DNA from: Chloroflexota bacterium
Lineage (GTDB): Bacteria > Chloroflexota > Anaerolineae > Anaerolineales > Anaerolineaceae
NCBI GenBank assembly: GCA_034717715.1
Contig: JAYELT010000178.1
Coordinates: forward strand, 1 to 58,846
DNA length: 58,846 bases
Direction: 5' to 3'
Part shown: in pieces, positions 8,422-17,650 of the stretch
Layout of the letters: each line of letters opens with the position of its first letter
Position numbering within the stretch: position 1 is the first letter of the stretch
The notes under the pieces: generated by a model
What the model saw: only the letters and a program-made list of their open reading frames with translations
Told to the model about the DNA's origin: nothing
Databases searched by the model: none
Made by a program: the position numbers and the translations under genes

Positions 8422-9954
8422 TCAGGCAAGCTCATAAATCCGATGCATCAGTTCTTTATTTTGCTCGTAAAGGTCAAGATAAAGAGCCATGTACTTCTCA
8501 TACTTTTCAGCAACAGATTTATCAGGATATACCATCCTGCTATCATTTACCCATTTGTTGATATCTGTTGGATCTGAGAACACACCTACACCTATCCCCG
8601 CCAAAAAGGCATCGCCATAAGATGCACCTAAGGTTACCGCTGGAACTTTTTGACTGATCTGCCCAATATCACTGACAACTTGCAGCCAAAGTGGACTCTT
8701 GGTACCTCCCCCAACGGCAATGACCTCATCCGGGAAGGCACCCATATCACGCATGATATTCAGATGATGACGCACGCCGTAGCCAATACCTTCGAGAGTC
8801 GCTTTAAACATGTGAGCCCTGGAGTGGGCGAGCGTTAACCCAAAATAAACGCCGCGTGCTTTTGGATCATTAATTGGCGTGCGTTCACCGCTGAAAAACG
8901 GCAGACATATCAATCCTTCAGATCCGGCAGAAATATCACTGGCTTCTTTTGTGATGGCACCATAAGCGTTAGGTCCGCCGTTTTCTTCAGCTGCCACCAG
9001 ATCATATGTAAGTTGATCACGGAACCAGCGTGTGAGTGATCCGCTGGTTGCCATTCCTGCCAGCAAAGCTGATGTACCCTCAAACAAATAGGGATTTGCC
9101 CACATACGCTCATCGGCGATAGGCTTATCCAGTACCTCAATAATAAAGACGGTTGACCCATACATCAACATCATTTGACCTGGGTTTGTCACACCAACGC
9201 TGACCGATTCGGCCGCAGCATCAGCCGTTCCAACTGTAACTGGTGTGCCCTCTAGCAAGCCTGTTTGTTTCGCTGCGTCCGCCGTCACGGTACCTGCAAT
9301 TTCAGTTGCCCATCGAAGTTCCGGCAAGCGATCAAGCTCCACGATCTCTTTTGTCAATTCATCTGTCCATTTGCGCTGCTCAAAATCATAAAGCGGCGCA
9401 ACAAATGATCCAGTGAGATGATCGATCACATAATTTCCTGTTAGTCGTCCCACAATAAAAGTTGTAGCAGTTACAAACTTATGCGTTTTCTTATATGCTT
9501 CAGGCTCGTTATGTTTGAGCCACATTATTTTGGGGGCAGCTGCCTGAGAAGAAAGCGTCATGCCAGCTTTCTTGAAAATTTTATCTGAACCAATTTCCTT
9601 CTCGAGATAAGCGATTTCTTTAGTGGCACGGGTATCCACACCATAAAGAATGCCTCCATCCCGAAGAGGATTGCCTTCCTTGTCAATGGGCAGCACACAG
9701 ATTCCGATCGCACTGCAGCCCACTGATAAAATATCCTTTGGATCTACGCCTGAAGTTTCAAGCAGGCGCTTCGTCACATCAACAAAATCACCCCACCATA
9801 CACCTTCAGGATCGTGCTCTGCCCATCCCTGGTGAGGAATTAGCATTTTATGCGGACGAACCTGAGTGCTTAATACTTCACCTTTGAGGTTTGTGATGAC
9901 TCCTTTTGTCTCATAAGTCCCAACATCTACACCAATTAAGAATTTTTCTGCCAT
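8422..9954 (-). CDS. FGGY-family carbohydrate kinase
   Basis: IGVDVGTYETK, GWAEHDPE, LPFFSGERTP, VGGGTKSPLWLQVVSD. Confidence 0.92.
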   Translation of the reverse strand: MAEKFLIGVDVGTYETKGVITNLKGEVLSTQVRPHKMLIPHQGWAEHDPEGVWWGDFVDVTKRLLETSGVDPKDILSVGCSAIGICVLPIDKEGNPLRDGGILYGVDTRATKEIAYLEKEIGSDKIFKKAGMTLSSQAAAPKIMWLKHNEPEAYKKTHKFVTATTFIVGRLTGNYVIDHLTGSFVAPLYDFEQRKWTDELTKEIVELDRLPELRWATEIAGTVTADAAKQTGLLEGTPVTVGTADAAAESVSVGVTNPGQMMLMYGSTVFIIEVLDKPIADERMWANPYLFEGTSALLAGMATSGSLTRWFRDQLTYDLVAAEENGGPNAYGAITKEASDISAGSEGLICLPFFSGERTPINDPKARGVYFGLTLAHSRAHMFKATLEGIGYGVRHHLNIMRDMGAFPDEVIAVGGGTKSPLWLQVVSDIGQISQKVPAVTLGASYGDAFLAGIGVGVFSDPTDINKWVNDSRMVYPDKSVAEKYEKYMALYLDLYEQNKELMHRIYELA

Positions 9955-9998
9955 TTAAAAGCCTTTCTAAATATAGTCACCAAGTGTGAAATCTCTTT

Positions 9999-11054
9999 CT
10001 ATTCTTGCTCAGGTATTGTCTTATTGGCTCTTCTTTTAGCGCTCAAATGGTTAATGATCAACACAATGATCAAGAGCATCCCCCAGGCGAACTCTTTGAA
10101 AAAGTTTGCCCCGCTCGATCGGAATAGCAGCATGTTAAATCCCGTGGAGAGGAATTGCAGTGCTACCAAAGCAAGAATCACACCAATTACACTGCCTGAT
10201 CCGCCAGCCGGGTCAACATCGCCCAACACTGCTATCAAGATAGCGAGCAGGACATAAGATGCGCCAAAATCCACATTCATTGCATTTGTGCGTCCTAGGA
10301 TCACAATCCCTGCAATTGCTGATAGTATCCCGCTTATCATGTAGGTAAATACAAGTATCTGTCGATTATTTATGCCGGAGAAGTGAGACGCAGTGGGATT
10401 CGTCCCTAACATATACAGGTTTAGACCAAAGCGGGTTCGCCTTGTAATGATCCCAATTATGATGGCAACAACTAGCAGCAATATTAATGGGAATGGAATC
10501 CCCAACACCAATCCATTACCTATAAACTGTGACTCTTCAATCCCAAAGATCGTACTACCGCCTGTTATTGCTGTCCCAAGTCCTTTATAAAGAAGGCTGG
10601 TTCCTAACGTTGCCAGGATTGCTGGCATATTCCAAAAAGCAATAAGATAGCCGCTAAATGCGCCGCAGACCACGCCGACAACTAACGCTGCTAATATGGC
10701 AATTACCATACCCAGCGCTACCGTAACTGGTGGCGATCCTAGGGGCACCATCGATGTAAGTATCAATCCAGCGATTATTCCTGAGAGGTTGGCAGTTGAA
10801 ACAATAGCCAAGTCAATGCCCCCAGATATCATTGTCAACATGATAGCAATAGTCAGGATACCAATCTCAGATGCCTGAAATGCCATAGATTGCATGTTAC
10901 GTACAGTTAAAAATGTATCATATCTAGTCACACTTAGCAAAAAGAAGATGATTATGACTGCAGTCAGCAAACGGACTATATTTCCATTGCCATTTTTTAT
11001 GAAAGATTGCATACGGTCTTTCAGAGATGGATTTTGCTTTACTGAATTTTCCAT
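9999..11054 (-). CDS. Sugar ABC transporter permease (RbsC/LsrD-like)
   Basis: MISGGIDLA, PAILATLG, TRFGLNLYMLGTNPTASHFSGI; multiple TM helices. Confidence 0.9.
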   Translation of the reverse strand: MENSVKQNPSLKDRMQSFIKNGNGNIVRLLTAVIIIFFLLSVTRYDTFLTVRNMQSMAFQASEIGILTIAIMLTMISGGIDLAIVSTANLSGIIAGLILTSMVPLGSPPVTVALGMVIAILAALVVGVVCGAFSGYLIAFWNMPAILATLGTSLLYKGLGTAITGGSTIFGIEESQFIGNGLVLGIPFPLILLLVVAIIIGIITRRTRFGLNLYMLGTNPTASHFSGINNRQILVFTYMISGILSAIAGIVILGRTNAMNVDFGASYVLLAILIAVLGDVDPAGGSGSVIGVILALVALQFLSTGFNMLLFRSSGANFFKEFAWGMLLIIVLIINHLSAKRRANKTIPEQE

Positions 11055-11117
11055 ACGTGATATTTTCTCCTGCTATTTACAGTGTATTTCACCAATATTG
11101 TGAAATTATTTAGTAGC

Positions 11118-12128
11118 TTATATTTCAATGCGTTGCCTGACCAGTCGCTCCCTTGCAAGATGAGCTTGTGCCAGTGGGATCGCGGTACCCAGCAAGATAA
11201 AGAAACCAACGACAACTTTCTGCCATTCGGATGGAATTCCTAACAAAACCAGACTGTTATTTACAATAGTGATTAGAATAATGCCAAGCAATGTTCCAAA
11301 CACAGAACCTCGCCCTCCTGTGATGGATGCTCCTCCAAGAACTGCCGCGGCAATAACATCTAACTCTGAGCCAACAATGCTAAAAGGATTAGCTTGGCGG
11401 AACAATGACCCTACAATCATTCCTCCAATCCCTGATATCAAACCAACAAATCCATAGATAATAAGCTGGGTGCGTAGGATATTGAATCCTGCCCGTTCAG
11501 CCGATTCCCGATCACCACCCATCGCGTAAAAACTGCGTCCCAGCATCGTATATTTCAACACATACCATACAACGATCCCAAGGAAAACAAGAATAAAGAA
11601 TGTTGGGTGAAGCCCTGCCTTGCCGCTGGCTGTATCAACAGTAAAAAGGCTAGCACGTGCAAATTCTTTAACCGCTACAGGGAGTTCAGCCTGGTTATAG
11701 TAATCAGAACCGACGAAAAACAACATCGCACCACGAAACAAACTCAGTGTTCCTAAAGTAACGATCATTGTCGGCAATTTAAATACGCCGATGATCAAGC
11801 CGTTGATCAATCCAAGGATTAAACCCAGAAAAGCTGAAATCACAAATGGCAATAGCATACCACCCTCATAATTTTGGTTTACCAGGATTGTTACAGTGGT
11901 ATACATAGAAAATATTGCTATCCCCGTAAACGAAACATCAATGCCGCCGGAAATCAATACGATCAGCGCTCCCATGCTGAAAATACCCATAATTGTGGCA
12001 CTGCGTAATAACGAGAAAAAATTAGCTAACGATAAAAATTTTGGGTTTATCAACCCAATGACGATGATGATACCAATCAGGATGAGTCCAATTATGAATT
12101 CATGCTTTCTAAATAATTGTTTGAACAT
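11118..12128 (-). CDS. Sugar ABC transporter permease (RbsC/LsrC-like)
   Basis: LISGGIDVS, LPTMIVTLG, GSELDVIAAAVLGGASITGGRG. Confidence 0.9.
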   Translation of the reverse strand: MFKQLFRKHEFIIGLILIGIIIVIGLINPKFLSLANFFSLLRSATIMGIFSMGALIVLISGGIDVSFTGIAIFSMYTTVTILVNQNYEGGMLLPFVISAFLGLILGLINGLIIGVFKLPTMIVTLGTLSLFRGAMLFFVGSDYYNQAELPVAVKEFARASLFTVDTASGKAGLHPTFFILVFLGIVVWYVLKYTMLGRSFYAMGGDRESAERAGFNILRTQLIIYGFVGLISGIGGMIVGSLFRQANPFSIVGSELDVIAAAVLGGASITGGRGSVFGTLLGIILITIVNNSLVLLGIPSEWQKVVVGFFILLGTAIPLAQAHLARERLVRQRIEI

Positions 12129-12241
12129 TTATCTTCCTTCACTAGCAAAATTCATGCATCCAAACCAGATTGGTTTTTTAAATCCTGTTCGGTCAATAAA
12201 CAAATTAGTTCATACTCCAAATTTCTTCTTTGTTCTTTGCT

Positions 12242-13768
12242 TTATGCAATAGATTCCGTAACTTTCTGATTCAGCTCCTGCTCAGAAATATCTTTAGTCG
12301 TAAATTCTTCAACAATCTGCCCACTTCTCATCAACAAAATCCGGTTGCAGGTTTGCATGAGTTCAGGTAAGTCATCTGATAAAATTAACATTCCAAGACC
12401 TTGACGCGCCAATTCCTTGATAAGTTCATGTAGTTCCATTTTTGATCCAATGTCAACACCAACAGTTGGGCCATTCAAGATCAAAATCTTCGGATTACTG
12501 GCTAACCATTTTGCCAGAACAACTCTCTGCTGGTTCCCACCAGATAAACTTGTTACCGGCAAACCTGAATCGTTTGTTAAAATACTTAAGCGCTTGATCC
12601 ATTCATCTACCTGATCTTTGAATTTTTGGGGACTGATTAATCCTAGTCTTCCAATAGTCTTATCCAAAATCCTTACTGTCGTATTTCTTCCAATAGATTG
12701 GCTTAAAAAGAGTCCCTCAGTTAGACGATCTTCCGGAACATAACCAATCTTGAGGTTCATCGCATCTTGAATATTACGAATTCTTACAGATTTACCATCA
12801 ATTTTAATTTCACCAGAACCTGCTGGGTTAATACCAAATAGTGCTAAAGCTAAATCAGTACGACCTGACCCAAGCAATCCGGCAATACCAAGTATTTCGC
12901 CTTGCTTCAGATCAAAAGTAATTTTGCTGAACTTCCCGGGAAAGGTAAGGCTTTCAACATTTAAAAGACTTTTATCATGACTACCTGCAGGTTCATATTC
13001 ATAGTTGCTTTCAGTTATTTCCCTGCCTGTCATGAAATATGCTAATTTTGCTAGTGTAAATTCTTCGGATGCGCCATCAGCAACTTTCATACCATTTCGC
13101 AGGATCATGATATTATCGGCTATTTCCTGAACTTCACTTAGCTTATGGCTTACAAAGAGTATGGAGATCCCCTTTTCTTGTAGATTACGTATGACATGGA
13201 ACAACGCTTTAACCTCTCGTGAGGTCAGCGCTGTTGTGGGCTCATCCATAATAATGAGCTGAGCATTTTGAAGCAATGCTCGAGAAATTGCGATGAGCTG
13301 CTTATCCGCCACAGACATCTCACTGACAATAGCATCAAGATCGAGTTCAACGTCGATTCGTTCGATTGCCTCTTGTGCAATTTTGTGAACTTCACGCCAG
13401 TTAATAAATTTTTTATTACGCGACAATTGATAATTAAGTGCGATATTTTCTGCGGCAATTAAGTTCGGAAATAATGAAAAATCCTGATAAATGACCTGAA
13501 TACCCGCGTCAATCGCATCTCTTGGTTTAATATTGCTTTGCAGCTCATCATGAAAGGCAACTTCCCCTTTACTTGGTTGATAAACTCCTGCAATAATCTT
13601 GATCAGAGTCGATTTCCCTGATCCGTTTTCACCAATAAGGCACCGTATCTCACCACGAGATATTGAAAAACTGACATCCTTGAGCGCCTGAACGCCTGCA
13701 AAATTCTTGCTGATATTTTCTACTCTTAAAATTTCTTCAGTCACACTTCGATCTTCCAATTCTTTCAC
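12242..13768 (-). CDS. Sugar ABC transporter ATP-binding protein (two NBDs, RbsA-like)
   Basis: GENGSGKST, IMDEPT, YVPEDR, LSGGNQQR; true start may be GTG at 13744. Confidence 0.93.
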   Translation of the reverse strand: MKELEDRSVTEEILRVENISKNFAGVQALKDVSFSISRGEIRCLIGENGSGKSTLIKIIAGVYQPSKGEVAFHDELQSNIKPRDAIDAGIQVIYQDFSLFPNLIAAENIALNYQLSRNKKFINWREVHKIAQEAIERIDVELDLDAIVSEMSVADKQLIAISRALLQNAQLIIMDEPTTALTSREVKALFHVIRNLQEKGISILFVSHKLSEVQEIADNIMILRNGMKVADGASEEFTLAKLAYFMTGREITESNYEYEPAGSHDKSLLNVESLTFPGKFSKITFDLKQGEILGIAGLLGSGRTDLALALFGINPAGSGEIKIDGKSVRIRNIQDAMNLKIGYVPEDRLTEGLFLSQSIGRNTTVRILDKTIGRLGLISPQKFKDQVDEWIKRLSILTNDSGLPVTSLSGGNQQRVVLAKWLASNPKILILNGPTVGVDIGSKMELHELIKELARQGLGMLILSDDLPELMQTCNRILLMRSGQIVEEFTTKDISEQELNQKVTESIA

Positions 13769-13792
13769 TAGGTAGATTTACTCTCAGTTTTT

Positions 13793-13830
13793 GAGCGACC
13801 AGAAAGGGCAAGGACTCTTTCTGATCGCTC
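13793..13830. terminator. Intergenic stem-loop after the binding-protein gene (mRNA stabiliser or partial terminator)
   Basis: GAGCGACCAGAAAG...CTTTCTGATCGCTC inverted repeat. Confidence 0.6.
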
Positions 13831-13856
13831 GATTTTACTTCAAAAACGATTTGTGG

Positions 13857-14849
13857 CTAGAAGTCCCAATCAGCCAGGTTGTCAATCGTTACATCTACCC
13901 AAGCTTGACCATAAAAGACTTTACCAATCAATGTGAGCTTCTCGTATCCCGGGAGATCAAGGCTTAGTCCATCACCGGGTTCCTCACCCATTAGCACCTT
14001 GAGTGCAATTTCGTTGCAGGCATAACCAGCTAAAGCAGGATCCCAGAAACTAATGAGGTCAACTGCTCCAGTTTCGATCAAAGCACCTGACATTGAAGCA
14101 AGGCTGGTACCAACAACTGCGATCTGATCCTGCAAACCTGCTTCTTCCACTGCTTGTCCGAAACCAACAACATCATTGGCTGAACTTCCCTGCATGCCTT
14201 TGAGGTCCGGGTAAGCAACCAGCAGCTCACGGCCGCGCTCATATGCGGTCTGGGCATCGTCGTAGGATTCATTCTTATCGCCAACCAATATCATGTTGGG
14301 ATAATTCTCTTCTTGATGTGCGATAGCAGCATCAATCCACTGATTATGGGTGGTTGAGGTGAGGCTGCCAACAAACACAACATATTCACCTTCTTCGCCA
14401 ATCATTTCAGCTAAATGATCCATCAGATGGCGTCCATAAGCAGCATTGTCAAAGGCTTCAACATCGAAGTCAACGTTCTGCTGGTTAGAAGCTTCATGGC
14501 TCACAACAACCACACCTTCTTCACGAGCACGTTTCAGAACAGGCTCAACTGCTTCGGGCTGGAAGGGGATGACACAGAGTGAGTCAACACCCTGGGCTAG
14601 CAGGTCTTCTAAAACCTGAACCTGGAGTGCGGCATCAGCCTGTGAAGGGCCTTGCTGGAATGCTTCAACATTGTCATGAGCAGCTTCAAAGTCAGCAATA
14701 CCTTCTTCCATGCGATCAAACCAACCAACACCCGTCAGCTTAACCACTGTCGCCATTTTAAATGTTTCTGCAGGTTCTTCAACAACAGGTGCTGCGCATG
14801 CAGCAAGCAATAAGACTAATATCATCAAGGGTAATAAAATGCGTTTCAT
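13857..14849 (-). CDS. Sugar ABC substrate-binding lipoprotein, LsrB/YphF-like
   Basis: Lipobox LLAAC; ATVVKLTGVGWFDRMEEG, GPSQADAALQ, ISFWDPALAG (PBP type 1 fold). Confidence 0.85.
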   Translation of the reverse strand: MKRILLPLMILVLLLAACAAPVVEEPAETFKMATVVKLTGVGWFDRMEEGIADFEAAHDNVEAFQQGPSQADAALQVQVLEDLLAQGVDSLCVIPFQPEAVEPVLKRAREEGVVVVSHEASNQQNVDFDVEAFDNAAYGRHLMDHLAEMIGEEGEYVVFVGSLTSTTHNQWIDAAIAHQEENYPNMILVGDKNESYDDAQTAYERGRELLVAYPDLKGMQGSSANDVVGFGQAVEEAGLQDQIAVVGTSLASMSGALIETGAVDLISFWDPALAGYACNEIALKVLMGEEPGDGLSLDLPGYEKLTLIGKVFYGQAWVDVTIDNLADWDF

Positions 14850-14946
14850 ATCTCTCTCTTTCTTTTTTTGGAATTAATTTAAGTTTCTACTTACACAATT
14901 TTCAATTTCTCAGTGCTTCACCTCCTTTCCTTCAGGATGGGTCCTG

Positions 14947-15804
14947 TCACTTAATCATCTCGTTGAATTCTATTTTTTCTCCCATAGGACCACGAATCAT
15001 GAAATATTTCACACCGTTTTCAAATAAAGGAAGAGGTACTGGTGCATCTTCAAGGATCTCAAAACCAGCATCTTTGAGCTCTGCAAAAGCTTTATCAGCA
15101 TCTAAAACATCTAATGCAATATGGTCTATAAAACCGTCTTTCCGTGTTTTCACCTCATCCAGATCATCACCAACCAACTGAAAGAACTCAAACACAAACC
15201 CATCTTTCTCCATCAATGAGACCTTTATCTGCTCATCACCAACCTGGAGCTCACCATAAGCAATTTCTTCAAAACCAAACTGGCTGTAAAATTCTTTTGA
15301 TCTGTCTAAATCTGTTACAGGGACACCAAGATGCCCCCAACCATCAATATTGTTTGTTCTCCGGGTTTGATCAAGATGTAACATCTGATTGAATTCAATC
15401 TTTTCATTAAATGGTCCACTGAAATTCACATATTTCACACCCTCAGAAAAGAGTGGGAATGGCTGCGCACCATCTGCTGTGGATGGATGAAGTTCTAATC
15501 CTTTATCCAGATTCTCTTGTATCGCATCCTCAATATCCAGTACATCAATGGCAAAATGATCAATGTGACCATCACCGCGAGTTTTTACCTCTTCGAGTTC
15601 ATCATCTACCAGTTGAACCAGTTCAACCACCATCTCATCATGGCTCAAGAAAGCCAACTCGATATTTCCCTCATCAGTTGGTATATGCGGTGTATAGTCA
15701 ACCGAGAAATCTAGTTTGTCTTTATAAAATTTCACTGCTTTCTCAATGTCTGGAACCATAATGCCAAGGTGCTGAACACCTTGCAGATTTTCACTCAACA
15801 GCAT
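14947..15804 (-). CDS. Tandem-domain VOC/glyoxalase superfamily protein
   Basis: Two repeats, each with HLG, ELVQL/EFFQL, IDH(F/I)A.DVLD and GP..EKIEFN; start likely MLLSENL (15804). Confidence 0.85.
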   Translation of the reverse strand: MLLSENLQGVQHLGIMVPDIEKAVKFYKDKLDFSVDYTPHIPTDEGNIELAFLSHDEMVVELVQLVDDELEEVKTRGDGHIDHFAIDVLDIEDAIQENLDKGLELHPSTADGAQPFPLFSEGVKYVNFSGPFNEKIEFNQMLHLDQTRRTNNIDGWGHLGVPVTDLDRSKEFYSQFGFEEIAYGELQVGDEQIKVSLMEKDGFVFEFFQLVGDDLDEVKTRKDGFIDHIALDVLDADKAFAELKDAGFEILEDAPVPLPLFENGVKYFMIRGPMGEKIEFNEMIK

Positions 15805-15989
15805 GCAAACCTCCTTTGGGCTCAAAGTGTTAGAAAAAATATTGATTTTAATTTATTAATACTTTCTCAAACATCAACAAAATATCATAATCAAAGCAAT
15901 CAATTCAAATAAATTATTGACAGAAATCCTTATCTTGCAATCACATATCCTGGTCCATATATAATATTTATCAAATAGTAATCAAATTA

Positions 15990-16014
15990 TTGTTGATTTT
16001 TATGATTTCAACAA
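15990..16014. promoter_or_regulatory. Candidate operator (TTGTTGA-N11-TCAACAA) in the AT-rich region upstream of the catabolic operon
   Basis: Inverted repeat between the DeoR gene and the first operon gene; related TGTTGAT/ATCAACA half-sites nearby. Confidence 0.35.
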
Positions 16015-16022
16015 ATTACTCA

Positions 16023-16784
16023 TTACACAACAATAACCCTTAATCCAAGATCTTCCAATGCGACCTGCGTCTCTTTCTTAATCTTATTATCTGTAACAAT
16101 CGTATGAACTTCGCTTAGAGGTATGATCGGCGCAAGAGCAATATTCCCAAATTTTGCTGAATCCACAACCAAAATTATTTCTTTTGCGTTCTTCACCATA
16201 GCACGTTTCACAAGCATTTCCTCGAAATTGTACTCAGTCACTCCTGCTTTAAAATCCACACCTCCTGCACCAAGAAACAGTTTATCAACATAAAAATCGG
16301 AAAATACTCGTTCTGCCAAATACCCAACTAGGGATAATTCACTCAGCCGTAAGAACCCTCCAGTAAGAATCAATCTTATACCTTGATGATCGACTAATTC
16401 ACCAGCGATATGTAAGCTCCTCACAATGATTGTGAGATCCTGCTTTGTGCTGAGATTCCTAGCAATTTCCAATGTGGTTGTACCAACATCTAATGTGATA
16501 CTATCCCCATTAGTAATAAGGTTAGCAGCTGCTTGTGCAATGCGCTTTTTTTCTGCTACGTTTGTGGTCGTTCTCGACACAAATGGCGGTTCGTAGCTTC
16601 TACCACGATTGCTTACTGCCCCACCATGAACTCGCTTAAGTAACCCTTGCGACTCTAAAACATCAAAATCCCGCCTAACGGTCATCTCGGATACTTTTAA
16701 AATTTTTACGAGATCAGCAACAGTTACTACTGATTGCTGGTCCAAGATTTCAACAATTTTTTGATGTCGTTCGTTTGATAACAT
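16023..16784 (-). CDS. DeoR/GlpR family transcriptional regulator
   Basis: ERHQKIVEIL, VSEMTVRRDF, RVHGGA, LDVGTTT, VDSAKFG. Confidence 0.93.
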   Translation of the reverse strand: MLSNERHQKIVEILDQQSVVTVADLVKILKVSEMTVRRDFDVLESQGLLKRVHGGAVSNRGRSYEPPFVSRTTTNVAEKKRIAQAAANLITNGDSITLDVGTTTLEIARNLSTKQDLTIIVRSLHIAGELVDHQGIRLILTGGFLRLSELSLVGYLAERVFSDFYVDKLFLGAGGVDFKAGVTEYNFEEMLVKRAMVKNAKEIILVVDSAKFGNIALAPIIPLSEVHTIVTDNKIKKETQVALEDLGLRVIVV

Positions 16785-17154
16785 AAAAATCCTTATAATG
16801 TTCGATTATGTGTGAATTATACACGAATTTTGTTTCCTGTTCAAGTATCTAAACGAGAGTGTTGAAAAACAAGTCATACTCACTTACAAAGGGAGGTTCA
16901 CACAGATGTTATTTATGATCAATAAGAGGATTTCTCATTGTGAAGGATGGTCATTCATGTTGATTATAATCATATATTGTGCTGGTTTTTTTAACAAATC
17001 TTTCATTCTAAAAGCTATAGGCCTGCTTTTCTTTGAGTTTTGGTTCCTTTTGATGGAAATAACCGCTATTCTTTTGAGCTTAACCCAACCTTAACCATGT
17101 CATGCTCCTTTGATATTCAATGTATAAGAGATTGGTTGATACCCGGAGGTATCT

Positions 17155-17610
17155 ATGGAACAAACGCCAGCAATCGACGTCATGGGACTAAAAAAAACAT
17201 TTTAGGGAGATCAAGGCATTTGATGGCATTGATTTCTCGATCAAACGCGGGGAGATCTTCAGCCTGCTGGGACCAAACGGTGCAGGCAAATCCACAACCA
17301 TCAATTTGATTACTGGCTTATTCCCACCGCAATCGGGCGATTCTGAAATCCTTGGTTTTTCCATCAGCAAGCATCCGATGTAGGCAAAAAAACATTATGG
17401 TTCCCGCTGGAAGGCACCAGTCCCGCGTTCTACCGCATTGGCCATCTGACTCCCGGAGCCTGGGTGATGGATGGATTGCAGAACATCACCGTGCGTGGGT
17501 TGGGATTTAATTCCGTGCTCAAACCTGCTGGCATCCTGACGCTTTTCTCACTTGGATTCTTTGCCACAACCTTGCTGGTCTTCTGGCTGGAGTGGCGCAC
17601 AGCGCGTTAG
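17155..17610 (+). pseudogene. Collapsed ABC-2 exporter operon: ATPase N-terminus joined to a permease C-terminus
   Basis: MEQTPAIDVMGLKKTF, frameshift, then GEIFSLLGPNGAGKSTTI and a stop at ~17381, then WFPLEGTSPAFYRIGHLTPGAWVMDGLQNITVRG... to TAG 17610. Confidence 0.75.
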
Positions 17611-17650
17611 CCAAAATTCCATTCTACATGCCATGTGATCCTATATGATC

